Positions 35,229 to 42,911 of a stretch of 64,000 nt of DNA are shown one piece after another. The position numbers and the translations under genes were made by a program. The stretch is from IMG/VR virus record IMGVR_UViG_3300047445_000122; one strand, given 5' to 3'. This DNA is from a virus (lineage: Duplodnaviria; Heunggongvirae; Uroviricota; Caudoviricetes). Position 1 is the first letter of the stretch. The number at the start of each line of letters is the position of its first letter. The notes beneath the pieces were generated by a model that had not been told where the DNA came from, did no database searches, and was given only the letters and a program-made list of their open reading frames with translations.

Positions 35229-35516
35229 TCACTTGATCACAACCAGGATGTCTTCGTTGGACAGGATCAGATATTCCACGCCGTCAACCTTCACACCCTG
35301 ACCGGCGCCACGCTTGTGGACGATCTTGTCGCCCTTGTGGAAGGGTTCTGATTCACGCAGAGCGCCGGTGCTGACGTGGGAGACTTCAACCACAATGCCT
35401 TCAGAGACAGAAGCAGCAGGAGCCGGGGCGACGATGATACCGCCAGCTGAGGTTTCAGGGGCGGATTCACGCGTGATCACGCAGTAGCCTGGAGTTGGCT
35501 TGATTTGTTTGGACAT
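35229..35516 (-). CDS. GroES-like co-chaperonin (Hsp10; T4 gp31 analogue)
   Basis: IVHKRGAGQGVKVDGVEYLILSNEDILVVI matches the GroES C-terminus. Start set to ATG 35516 (MSKQIKPT) with AAGGAAA SD, because the longer track ORF would run into tRNA genes. Confidence 0.7.
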   Translation of the reverse strand: MSKQIKPTPGYCVITRESAPETSAGGIIVAPAPAASVSEGIVVEVSHVSTGALRESEPFHKGDKIVHKRGAGQGVKVDGVEYLILSNEDILVVIK

Positions 35517-35534
35517 GGTTTCCTTTTGATTGAA

Positions 35535-35608
35535 TGGAGGCGTGTGGGTGAATCGAACACCCGTCTTAGGCTTTGCAGGCCCAGACCTAACCACTCAGAC
35601 AACACGCC
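35535..35608 (-). tRNA. tRNA-Cys (GCA)
   Basis: Perfect acceptor stem, anticodon loop CTGCAAA, T-arm GGGTG TTCGATT CACCC. D-arm is unusual. Confidence 0.6.
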
Positions 35609-35614
35609 ATTGAT

Positions 35615-35697
35615 TGGTGGGGATACAGGGACTCGAACCCAGACGCCGAAGCCGGAGCGTTTGAAACTCCTGTGTCTACCAATTTCACCATATCCCC
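35615..35697 (-). tRNA. tRNA-Leu (CAA), class II
   Basis: Anticodon stem GGAGT/GCTCC with loop TTCAAAC, and a long variable arm. Confidence 0.6.
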
Positions 35698-35818
35698 AAA
35701 TTTCAACACCATCCTTACGCCCTCGCCCATCTATCGTGACAAGTTAGCAGAACTTCGGTGCACCTCACTTCAAGCAGTGCTGGCTACGCTGCACGGACTG
35801 CCGAATGATGTTGAAATT

Positions 35819-35894
35819 TGGAGCGGGTGACAGGTCTCGAACCTGCGCATGCCGGCTTGGAAGGCCAGTGCTTTACCAACTTAGCTACACCCGC
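35819..35894 (-). tRNA. tRNA-Gly (TCC)
   Basis: Perfect acceptor stem GCGGGTG/CACCCGC, anticodon loop CTTCCAA, encoded CCA. Confidence 0.8.
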
Positions 35895-35896
35895 AA

Positions 35897-35972
35897 TGGC
35901 GCCCAGGGCCGGAATCGAACCAGCGACACGTGGATTTTCAGTCCACTGCTCTACCAACTGAGCTACCTGGGC
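35897..35972 (-). tRNA. tRNA-Phe (GAA)
   Basis: Acceptor stem GCCCAGG/CCTGGGC, anticodon loop CTGAAAA, T-loop TTCGATT. Confidence 0.8.
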
Positions 35973-36107
35973 ATTGAAGCGTTTTGCATGGAAGTAGACT
36001 TCAATGCTATTCATGGACAATATACGCTGACTAGAACTGTAGAGACAGGGATGAGAACGTACAATGCTGCTTCACCACATATCAGGGAGCGACCCAGAAC
36101 ATTCAAT

Positions 36108-36193
36108 TTGGTGCGAACGGAGGGACTCGAACCCATCACGCCTAGTGGCACATCCCCCTCAAGGATGCGTGTCTGCCAATTTCACCACGTTCG
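36108..36193 (-). tRNA. tRNA-Leu (GAG), class II
   Basis: Anticodon stem CATCC/GGATG with loop TTGAGGG, and a long variable arm. Confidence 0.65.
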
Positions 36194-36269
36194 CATTGCC
36201 CCGGAGCCTGAAGAAACCATCCGGGCAGACCTGCTTCAGATCAAGTCTGGGGAGCAACCCCGCTAGAAC

Positions 36270-36524
36270 TCAATTCAACAAGCGACTCAACAACCGCTGG
36301 CTCTTGTTTCCATGTTTGGGTGAGTTGATGGTGACGTCCGGGAAGTCTGACTTGTTGAGCTGACGCCCAATCCGAGTCTCAAGACAACCCACGCACAACA
36401 TACCAACTATCGACCCAACAACCTTCATCCACAAATCAGTGTTGATGAAGTAGTGCTCGTTGGCCTTGCCGGTGTCTACACAGCAATCCAAACACAGCCA
36501 CTTTCGTCTTGATTTACACGCCAT
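36270..36524 (-). CDS. small Cys-rich protein (84 aa) embedded in the tRNA array
   Basis: The CLDCC...CVGC pattern suggests a zinc-ribbon-like fold. No tRNA overlaps it. Confidence 0.35.
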   Translation of the reverse strand: MACKSRRKWLCLDCCVDTGKANEHYFINTDLWMKVVGSIVGMLCVGCLETRIGRQLNKSDFPDVTINSPKHGNKSQRLLSRLLN

Positions 36525-36541
36525 GTGACTCCCATATCAAT

Positions 36542-36618
36542 TGGCGCGCCGAAGTGGACTTGAACCACTGACCCTGGGATTAGAAGGCCCATGCTCTATC
36601 CAGCTGAGCTACCGGCGC
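36542..36618 (-). tRNA. tRNA-Arg (TCT)
   Basis: Acceptor stem GCGCCGG/TCGGCGC, anticodon loop CTTCTAA (one mismatched closing pair), T-loop TTCAAGT. Confidence 0.55.
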
Positions 36619-36629
36619 GGCGCTGTTCG

Positions 36630-37151
36630 TTATGGAAGAATTATAAGTGAGGAGGTCAGAGGAGCAGAAACTTGTACTTGCTTCTCAACCACAACGTAGA
36701 AGCGGGAGAATGCCGCTGCCTTCTTGGACACTGGATACGGTCGCCTCATCAACTGACACTTAACCTTAGTCCAGAATCCCACCTTGATATCCACCAATTC
36801 AGTGATGTCAGCGGCGAAGCGGAACAGACCTCCAGTGGTATCAGCATCCAACATCTTACGCAGTTGTTCGCCGCCAGGAGTGTTGAAGACTGAGATCAGC
36901 ATGGTCTTGTCATGATCCATCTTGGTGACCAGGAAGTCGGCATATTCACTCGACTTGTCCAGACTGCCATAGATCACATCCACGAGGCCGTATTGAGCCT
37001 TGGTAGGGCGCTTACCCTCTCCCAGCCATTCCACGTTTTGAGCTTCCTGGGCTTTGTTCAGGGCATCGATGGCGTCAGTGTAGTCCAAGTCTGCCAGTGC
37101 GCCACGAGGCTCGAACTGGACTTGGTACTCACCAATGATTTCTTGTAGCAT
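36630..37151 (-). CDS. hypothetical protein (173 aa) within the tRNA array
   Basis: Complete ORF flanked by tRNA genes. Confidence 0.45.
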   Translation of the reverse strand: MLQEIIGEYQVQFEPRGALADLDYTDAIDALNKAQEAQNVEWLGEGKRPTKAQYGLVDVIYGSLDKSSEYADFLVTKMDHDKTMLISVFNTPGGEQLRKMLDADTTGGLFRFAADITELVDIKVGFWTKVKCQLMRRPYPVSKKAAAFSRFYVVVEKQVQVSAPLTSSLIILP

Positions 37152-37231
37152 ACACGCCCTCTTGATGTTCGGAGCAGCCTTCCACTGAAGGAGGTCAAGG
37201 AAAGGAGGAAAACTTGACGGCTGCGGTTGAT

Positions 37232-37309
37232 TGGTCTCCGCGACAGGATTTGAACCTGCGACCCCTCGCTCCCAAAGCGAGTGCTCTACACGGGCTGAGC
37301 TACACAGAG
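37232..37309 (-). tRNA. tRNA-Pro (TGG)
   Basis: C1-G72 acceptor stem (typical of tRNA-Pro), anticodon stem CTCGC/GCGAG with loop TTTGGGA. Confidence 0.7.
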
Positions 37310-37506
37310 AATGTTAGGTGTCAATGCTGGATTGTTGTGGAAGGATTTCAAGTGTTATGCCCTTGTTCTCCAACATTGACGGGGATGGTCGGCAGACTAC
37401 CCTTATGTAGTGTGACATTCCTCCAACCGGACATATTCTAACGCATGTTGGCGTCTAGTCTATCCGGCGGAATGCCGTTTTGGTTTTAAACTACTGCCGT
37501 TTGATC

Positions 37507-37582
37507 TTGGTGGTAGGGGCAGGGATCGAACCTGCGACCTGTGGATTATCGGTCCACTGCTCTGCCAACTGAGCTACCCCAC
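37507..37582 (-). tRNA. tRNA-Ile (GAT)
   Basis: Perfect anticodon stem GTGGA/TCCAC with loop CCGATAA. Note C at position 33. Confidence 0.6.
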
Positions 37583-37597
37583 CGGGTTGGTACTTAG

Positions 37598-37685
37598 ACC
37601 ATACATAACAACACTCGCGCCTTCTCTGAACATGTAGGCACTGTAGTGGGTTTCTGTTCCTCAGGAGGAGTGTTGTTATGTATGG
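37598..37685. repeat. 18-bp perfect inverted repeat (CCATACATAACAACACTC / GAGTGTTGTTATGTATGG) with a 52-nt loop
   Basis: Seen directly in the sequence. The right arm overlaps the 3' end of tRNA-Ser(TGA) by 3 nt. Confidence 0.6.
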
Positions 37686-37775
37686 CGGAAATGGTGAGAC
37701 TCGAACTCACACAGCGGTTGCCCGCCCTTCAGTTTTCAAGACTGCTGCCGCTAGGCCAACTCGGCTAACATTTCC
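37683..37775 (-). tRNA. tRNA-Ser (TGA), class II
   Basis: Acceptor stem GGAAATG/CATTTCC, anticodon loop CTTGAAA, long variable arm. Confidence 0.65.
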
Positions 37776-37776
37776 G

Positions 37777-37868
37777 TGGCGGAGACTGTTGGATTTGAAC
37801 CAACGGAGCCACTTGCGTGACTCGGTGCCTTAGCAGGGCACTGCAATAGACCGCTCTGCCAAGTCTCC
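37777..37868 (-). tRNA. tRNA-Ser (GCT), class II
   Basis: Acceptor stem GGAGACT/AGTCTCC, anticodon stem GTGCC/GGCAC with loop CTGCTAA, long variable arm. Confidence 0.7.
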
Positions 37869-38221
37869 AGTGTTTGGTGTGATCTCCTTGATACCGCCTC
37901 AGACCCTGTCTATGCATTCGGGCGTCACACTCTTCAGGTTTCAATCCCGGTTACAGCGTCCGGGGAACTAACGCCAGGCCCACTAGACGGAGGCTGGTGC
38001 TCTGTTGTACTGACTCTCTCAAATTGCACTTGAGGGCGTGTGCGCGGGAGTCTGCTTTTGCCCTGAATTCTGTCCACCCGAAAATCAAGTACATCCACTG
38101 TCCGCTGACTGGAAGCGGGGTTCGTATCAATCTTGATGTTGGGAAAGGGTGTCTCCATCTGATTCCAACGTTGCCTCCAACCCCTCTCGACCAGTCAGCC
38201 CGATACTCATTGGATATTCTG

Positions 38222-38296
38222 TGGCCGGAAGGACAGGAATCGAACCTGTGTACCAAGGCTATCCCGCCCCTGCTCTACCAACTGAGCTACCTCCCG
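38222..38296 (-). tRNA. tRNA-like gene with unresolved anticodon (possibly degenerate)
   Basis: Good acceptor, D and T arms (ACAGG TTCGATT CCTGT) and an encoded CCA. The anticodon arm does not fold canonically by eye. Confidence 0.4.
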
Positions 38297-38369
38297 GAAG
38301 CACAACCCATATTCCTGCAATCAGCATGCGTTCCCAATGGATTGTGGCCGTTCTATCACGACTGTCAAC

Positions 38370-38447
38370 TGGTTGCGACGGGCTGGATTTGAACCAGCGA
38401 CCTGAGGATTATGAGTCCTCTGCTCTACCTGACTGAGCTACCTCGCC
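38370..38447 (-). tRNA. tRNA-Met-like (CAT) with an imperfect acceptor stem
   Basis: Anticodon stem GAGGA/TCCTC with loop CTCATAA. The 3' end GCAACCA resembles an initiator tRNA. Two acceptor-stem mismatches including 1-72. Confidence 0.5.
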
Positions 38448-38454
38448 TTTGATC

Positions 38455-38530
38455 TGGCGCCGTGAGCTGGATTTGAACCAACGTGACACCCGCAACATGG
38501 GTGCATCCTAAGCCTCTAGATGATCACGGC
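38455..38530 (-). tRNA. tRNA with a GTT anticodon (Asn-like) and an atypical anticodon loop
   Basis: Perfect acceptor stem GCCGTGA/TCACGGC. Anticodon stem CACCC/GGGTG with loop ATGTTGC. Confidence 0.4.
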
Positions 38531-38618
38531 AAAACTACTGAAGTGAGAATCCTCTACATCGCGGCGGCAAGGACGCATCAGGCGTCCAATGTAGTTGACT
38601 CTCGCTTCAGGAGTCTGA

Positions 38619-38694
38619 TGGCGTCTCCAACGAGATTTGAACTCGTGTACCCACCTTGAAAGGGTGGTGTCCTAGACCGCTAGACGATGGAGAC
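38619..38694 (-). tRNA. tRNA-Glu (TTC)
   Basis: Near-identical architecture to E. coli tRNA-Glu: TCGTCTAGCGGTCTAGGACACC..CTTTCAA. Confidence 0.8.
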
Positions 38695-38696
38695 AG

Positions 38697-38778
38697 TGGA
38701 AGGGGCGACAGGATTTGAACCTGTGACGTATGCTGGGATCAAAACCCAGTGCCTTGAACCGAACTTGGCGACACCCCT
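38697..38778 (-). tRNA. tRNA-Gln (TTG)
   Basis: Anticodon stem CTGGG/CCCAG with loop TTTTGAT. A1-U72 acceptor stem. Long D-loop. Confidence 0.55.
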
Positions 38779-38786
38779 ATTGTTTT

Positions 38787-38863
38787 TGGCTCCCCAGGCT
38801 GGACTCGAACCAGCGACCAACACATTAACAGTGTGCTGCTCTACCAAACTGAGCTACTGAGGA
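38787..38863 (-). tRNA. tRNA-Asn (GTT)
   Basis: Anticodon loop CTGTTAA, D-arm TAGCTCAGTTTGGTAGAGC, T-loop TTCGAGT. Confidence 0.75.
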
Positions 38864-38920
38864 TTTGTTACTACAGCAGGGTATCAGTTCGCCGGAGCGG
38901 AATTGCTCGACGTGAAGAGA

Positions 38921-38953
38921 ATTATAGACCACTTCTGCTAAGAAGTAAAGCTC
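38921..38953 (-). promoter_or_regulatory. promoter of the tRNA array
   Basis: Minus strand reads GCTTTACTT..GTGGTCTATAAT, about 55 nt upstream of the first (highest-coordinate) tRNA. The 24-nt leader is identical to the one at 43684..43711. Confidence 0.55.
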
Positions 38954-38972
38954 AACTTACTTGACAACCGAA

Positions 38973-39890
38973 TTACATGTTGTTGTCGTACATCCACTGC
39001 ATCTGCGCCTTCACGTTTGCGAGGGAACCCACGATCACGTAGTTGACGAAGATGTAAACGCCGTCTGGGACGATGTTAGGGATGCGGAACACAGCATTCC
39101 ACTTCACAACCGGGTTGATGCCAGTCGCCTGATAGTTCCAGCGACCGAAACCCGCACCAGGGTAAGTCGATTGTGGCAGGGAACGGTTGTAGATACCCAT
39201 TGCATGAGTACCATTGCTGTTAGCGAAGATCAGCGGAAGACCTTGTTCAGGGCTGCAAGTCGCATAGGGCGGCGTGCAGTAGCTGATCGAGGCCAGTTGA
39301 CGACTGCCCTTCACATCCAGGGTGTAGAAGTTGTTGAACTCAACAGGCATGTAGCCGGTCAGGGTCTCGAACTTACCACGCACCCAGGATGGTTCGCCGG
39401 TGCTCTTGGGTGCTGCGTATTGAACTTCATAGCGCATGTAGGTCGCATAGGAACCTTCATACAGCTGGATGTTCTTGGTCAGCAACCAGTTGGACCGGGC
39501 CACACCGTTCACAGGGCGCCAGTACGACATCATGTTCACGCCCTTGACGGTCGGAGGAGTCGCCAGGGTGCTGTAGTTCACAGCGATACTCGTGGAGGCA
39601 GAAGGATTGACGCCGTTGTAGGGCACTTCCGCCCCGGCTTCGTTGGGGTTGTAGTTCTCTTCCAGGTCGCCAGACGCATTGCTGACAGTCATGGAGGATT
39701 GGAGTTGACGGCCATGGTCATAGTCGTCAATGAACTCCTTGCCGCTCCACTTCACGGAGCAAACTGCTTCAGCATCCCAGGAGCAGGTCTTAACAGTCAC
39801 ACCACGCGACGGCGAGGTGATAGTGTAGTCTGCCCAAGCCGGGGAGGAGATACCAACGATCATTGCCATTGCTGCGATAATACGCTTCAT
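38973..39890 (-). CDS. secreted protein of unknown function (306 aa)
   Basis: Start reassigned to ATG 39890 (AAGGAAA SD), giving the signal peptide MKRIIAAMAMIVGISSPAWA. Several Cys pairs. Confidence 0.5.
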   Translation of the reverse strand: MKRIIAAMAMIVGISSPAWADYTITSPSRGVTVKTCSWDAEAVCSVKWSGKEFIDDYDHGRQLQSSMTVSNASGDLEENYNPNEAGAEVPYNGVNPSASTSIAVNYSTLATPPTVKGVNMMSYWRPVNGVARSNWLLTKNIQLYEGSYATYMRYEVQYAAPKSTGEPSWVRGKFETLTGYMPVEFNNFYTLDVKGSRQLASISYCTPPYATCSPEQGLPLIFANSNGTHAMGIYNRSLPQSTYPGAGFGRWNYQATGINPVVKWNAVFRIPNIVPDGVYIFVNYVIVGSLANVKAQMQWMYDNNM

Positions 39891-39989
39891 GCCATTTCCT
39901 TTATGGTTGTTTTCTTTCGCGCCGCCCCGAATGAGGCGACGGAAAGAATTATAAACCACAATATCAACGGCGTAAAGATCAATATTTTA

Positions 39990-40511
39990 TCAACCCATCT
40001 TCTTCCCCGCTTGGATCAGGCGTTTCCGCTTGATCTTGAAGCTGTCGGATGAAGTCCCGCCGAACATCTCAGCATTCGCATACAGTTCGGCCCAGGCAGT
40101 GAGGTACAACATGTGAGAGAGTGGATGTTTCCACAACTCCACTACGTCATCCCCGCGCCGGGTGTGGAACTCCATGTCCATCCTCATGAGTTCAGCAACG
40201 GTATTGTCCTCAGGATAGAGGGCCAGCCATTGAGCAGCGCTCGCTTGGGCATGATCCGGGAACCTACCAGACCCGTCAGCAACAAGTGGCTTCCCGCAGT
40301 CGTGATAGATTTGATAGGTCTCCAGGATCAAGTCATCGTGGACATCGATCTTGCTTTTCAAGAAGGAGTAGTGAGGGCAGGTATCATCAGTCAGCTTCAG
40401 ATACGCCTCCCGCACCCTATAACCATGCTCTAAGACATTCAAGCTGGTTGTTTGGGACGTTTCCTGCATCAGCTGCTCTAAAGCGCCTATAGTGGCCGCT
40501 AGATGTCTCAT
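39990..40511 (-). CDS. HD-domain phosphohydrolase
   Basis: H...HD motif (HYSF...IYHDCGK). Start ATG 40511 overlaps the stop of the PTH2-like gene (ATGA). Confidence 0.5.
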   Translation of the reverse strand: MRHLAATIGALEQLMQETSQTTSLNVLEHGYRVREAYLKLTDDTCPHYSFLKSKIDVHDDLILETYQIYHDCGKPLVADGSGRFPDHAQASAAQWLALYPEDNTVAELMRMDMEFHTRRGDDVVELWKHPLSHMLYLTAWAELYANAEMFGGTSSDSFKIKRKRLIQAGKKMG

Positions 40512-40813
40512 TTCGTACCTCCCTTGAACAGGCGGTACTTCTTGAAGGCAGGGCGCTGATGTTGATACACAGGCTCCGACGCGAATGAGGTGAACCCATA
40601 GTCCCAATCGGGCTCATGGAACCTCACGAACTTTATCCCGCTGTCTTGAAGTTTGGCATACGCCTTCTCCAGTTCATCCTTGTTCTTGACTTGGATGACA
40701 ATCAGCGAGTTGGGTTCAGCTGTCGGATTCGGGAAGGCCAGGCCGCTCTCTTGGGCAGCGTGGCAAGACTGAACCAGTATTTGCTCAATAGGCAAGTCCA
40801 TGCGAATGAACAC
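40508..40813 (-). CDS. peptidyl-tRNA hydrolase, PTH2 family-like
   Basis: VQSCHAAQ (PTH2 motif is QCxHAA) and LIVIQVKNKDELEKAYAKL...GIKF parallel the PTRH2 family core. Probable GTG start. Confidence 0.5.
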   Translation of the reverse strand: MFIRMDLPIEQILVQSCHAAQESGLAFPNPTAEPNSLIVIQVKNKDELEKAYAKLQDSGIKFVRFHEPDWDYGFTSFASEPVYQHQRPAFKKYRLFKGGTK

Positions 40814-40874
40814 ATAGATCCATGCCTTGTCAGTGCACCTACTGGTTGATGATTGTTTCTTGGGATTTCATGGA

Positions 40875-41222
40875 TTACTCCTGAGGTTTGGTTGAGAAAA
40901 TACTGCGATATGTGTAGCTCTGATGGCGTCCACTTCCGTGGGTCTTGCGAATCATGAGGTTCCACTTGTTGAAAGCGAAGCACTCATCATTGACCGTCTT
41001 GCCCCACACAAACATACTGATCAGGAAGCCAACCAGATTCTGGGCAATCACCAGAGGCGAGAGGAACGCTGCGACAGTGAGGTGGACGATCATGACGCCG
41101 ATAGTTTGGGCGACATTGTGAGTCTTGGCCTCCATAGTGAACGGAGTCCAGGTTGCCATCGTCTCAGAGAACACTGTCAGAACGACGCCGACGCAATAAG
41201 CCAAGAAAATCAAGCTAGACAT
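40875..41222 (-). CDS. small 3-TM membrane protein (115 aa)
   Basis: Start reassigned to ATG 41222 (MSSLIFL) with GGAG SD. Three hydrophobic helices. Confidence 0.4.
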   Translation of the reverse strand: MSSLIFLAYCVGVVLTVFSETMATWTPFTMEAKTHNVAQTIGVMIVHLTVAAFLSPLVIAQNLVGFLISMFVWGKTVNDECFAFNKWNLMIRKTHGSGRHQSYTYRSIFSTKPQE

Positions 41223-41350
41223 AAAATCTCCATTTGTTGACCACATTGGAACACCCTCAACTCCCATCAACCGCGCACTTGCGGTCTATGAAGATCGACC
41301 TCTGTCAAGGCCATTTCTGAGTGACAGCTCATCTCAAGGACGTTCTAATG

Positions 41351-41428
41351 TGGTGCGTCGTACAGGAATCGAACCCGTGACCTGTCTGGTTAGGCGCCAG
41401 ACTGCTCTGCCAACTGAGCTAACAACGC
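41351..41428 (-). tRNA. tRNA-Arg (CCT)
   Basis: Acceptor stem GCGTTGT/ACGACGC, anticodon stem TCTGG/CCAGA with loop CGCCTAA, T-loop TTCGATT. Confidence 0.5.
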
Positions 41429-41432
41429 ATTA

Positions 41433-41519
41433 TGGTGGGCGTGGTTGGATTTGAACCAACGAAGTACAGAGACACCGGATTTACAGTCCAGCGCAGATTA
41501 CCGCATCTGCAACACACCC
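41433..41519 (-). tRNA. tRNA-Tyr (GTA), class II
   Basis: Anticodon loop CTGTAAA, long variable arm, acceptor stem GGGTGTG/CACGCCC. Confidence 0.65.
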
Positions 41520-41557
41520 ATTACTGCTGGCTACAGTGTATATAGCCAGCAGGTTTC

Positions 41558-41761
41558 TTACATTTCCGACAACGCCGATTCGATCTGGCGCTTGCTATGC
41601 TTGTCCCGCTTTGGGACTACATGAGCCCCGCCCTTGCGAAGGATATTGCTATCCTCACTTGGCTTGTGACGGGGCTTCATAGCCTGTTGACGCTGTTCAC
41701 GGCTGCTCTTCGTCATGACCGCGTCTTGCACGAAGCCATTGCGATACTGGTTGGTACGCAT
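41558..41761 (-). CDS. small basic protein (67 aa)
   Basis: Lys/Arg-rich and probably disordered; coupled to the upstream gene. Confidence 0.3.
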   Translation of the reverse strand: MRTNQYRNGFVQDAVMTKSSREQRQQAMKPRHKPSEDSNILRKGGAHVVPKRDKHSKRQIESALSEM

Positions 41762-42186
41762 TACTGAGCCTTCACCAGTTCGTAAGTGGCAACCACATCG
41801 CGGTCTTTCCAGTTGAACTCTGGGTACAACCGGTTGATGTCAGCCATGCGACCGGAACTGATATCCAGAATCACCAGACCAGGATGCAAGCTCTTGCTCT
41901 GGTCATAGATGTCCTTGGCTTCCTTCAGACCACTGTTGGTGATCGTGCGGATCATCTTGATCGTTGGCACTGCCCACTCATTGTTAGTGGTGTAGGCAGG
42001 GTAGTTGATCGTGACGCGATAGCGCTCACCGAAGGCTTCTGGCTTTTCCAGTCGCTTTTGGAGCGAGTTCAAGTCCACGGTGTTAACGTACATGGGTTCA
42101 TCATCGCCAGCACGATGACGGTGGCGATTCACCTCAGGGAGGATCATCGCAGCCAGTACCTTGGCTTCATTATCAGTCAGGTTCAC
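41761..42186 (-). CDS. protein with a ribosomal L7/L12 C-terminal-domain-like segment
   Basis: TIKMIRTITNSGLKEAKDIYDQSK versus E. coli L7/L12 [25 protein letters not shown]. Confidence 0.45.
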   Translation of the reverse strand: MNLTDNEAKVLAAMILPEVNRHRHRAGDDEPMYVNTVDLNSLQKRLEKPEAFGERYRVTINYPAYTTNNEWAVPTIKMIRTITNSGLKEAKDIYDQSKSLHPGLVILDISSGRMADINRLYPEFNWKDRDVVATYELVKAQ

Positions 42187-42236
42187 AGTTCTCTTTCAAG
42201 AAAGAGGCTCCAGGCCTTCCCGGAGCCGGTAGTTGA

Positions 42237-42896
42237 TTACAGAGCCAGCTTGATGTGGGTAGTGGCGTTCACAGCCGACAGGGCGTAGTCGATTTCATCG
42301 GTCACGGCTGCGATCTCATCTTCCAGAGTCTTGATCAGGGTCTTGACGTCCAGTGGGTCGATCATGTTCAGCTCGTGCATGTCCATGATCGCATCCTTGG
42401 TGGAAGTGATCAGAGCCTGGTTCTGCTCGACTGCGGACTTGTTCTTCACATCAGTGCCCAGCAGGCGGTCGATGGAGCCTTGAACATTGGTCTCGATCTC
42501 CAGGCGGGAGCGTTCCATGTTGTTGGCGGCTTGTGCCAGCTGCAGCTTCAGAACGGCGACCAGGGATTGCTTGTAGGCAACAACATTCTTCATGTCGATT
42601 GCTTCCACGATGGACATTTCCTTGCCATTGATGGTGACCTTGGTTTTGACGTTCGCTTCAGCGATGGCGAACTTGATCGCACTGCGGCGCTTGATCAGAT
42701 CGTCCAGGGACTGATGATTGGACTTGATCGCGGCGGCGACTTCGGCGGCGTCCTTGAACTGGGCCAGAATCGGCTTCGGTTCCTTGCGACCCTTGGTCAG
42801 GGACACGAACAGGGTGGTTGGCTTGGTAGCCGCCAGGATACGTGCATCCAGGGTCTTCAGCTCGACCAGAGCGCGGTTCAGCAGAATTTCAGACAT
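42237..42896 (-). CDS. coiled-coil hypothetical protein (219 aa)
   Basis: Complete ORF downstream of a roughly 800-nt untranslated leader. Confidence 0.45.
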   Translation of the reverse strand: MSEILLNRALVELKTLDARILAATKPTTLFVSLTKGRKEPKPILAQFKDAAEVAAAIKSNHQSLDDLIKRRSAIKFAIAEANVKTKVTINGKEMSIVEAIDMKNVVAYKQSLVAVLKLQLAQAANNMERSRLEIETNVQGSIDRLLGTDVKNKSAVEQNQALITSTKDAIMDMHELNMIDPLDVKTLIKTLEDEIAAVTDEIDYALSAVNATTHIKLAL

Positions 42897-42911
42897 TATG
42901 TAGCTCCTTTA

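Noticed and set aside
37934-38436. ORFs 37934..38158, 37951..38256, 37997..38392, 38149..38436
   Set aside because: They overlap tRNA genes and the tRNA-array spacer, with no start context. Not coding.
38961-40052. 363-aa plus-strand ORF
   Set aside because: Antisense to the secreted-protein gene 38973..39890, which has a signal peptide and SD.
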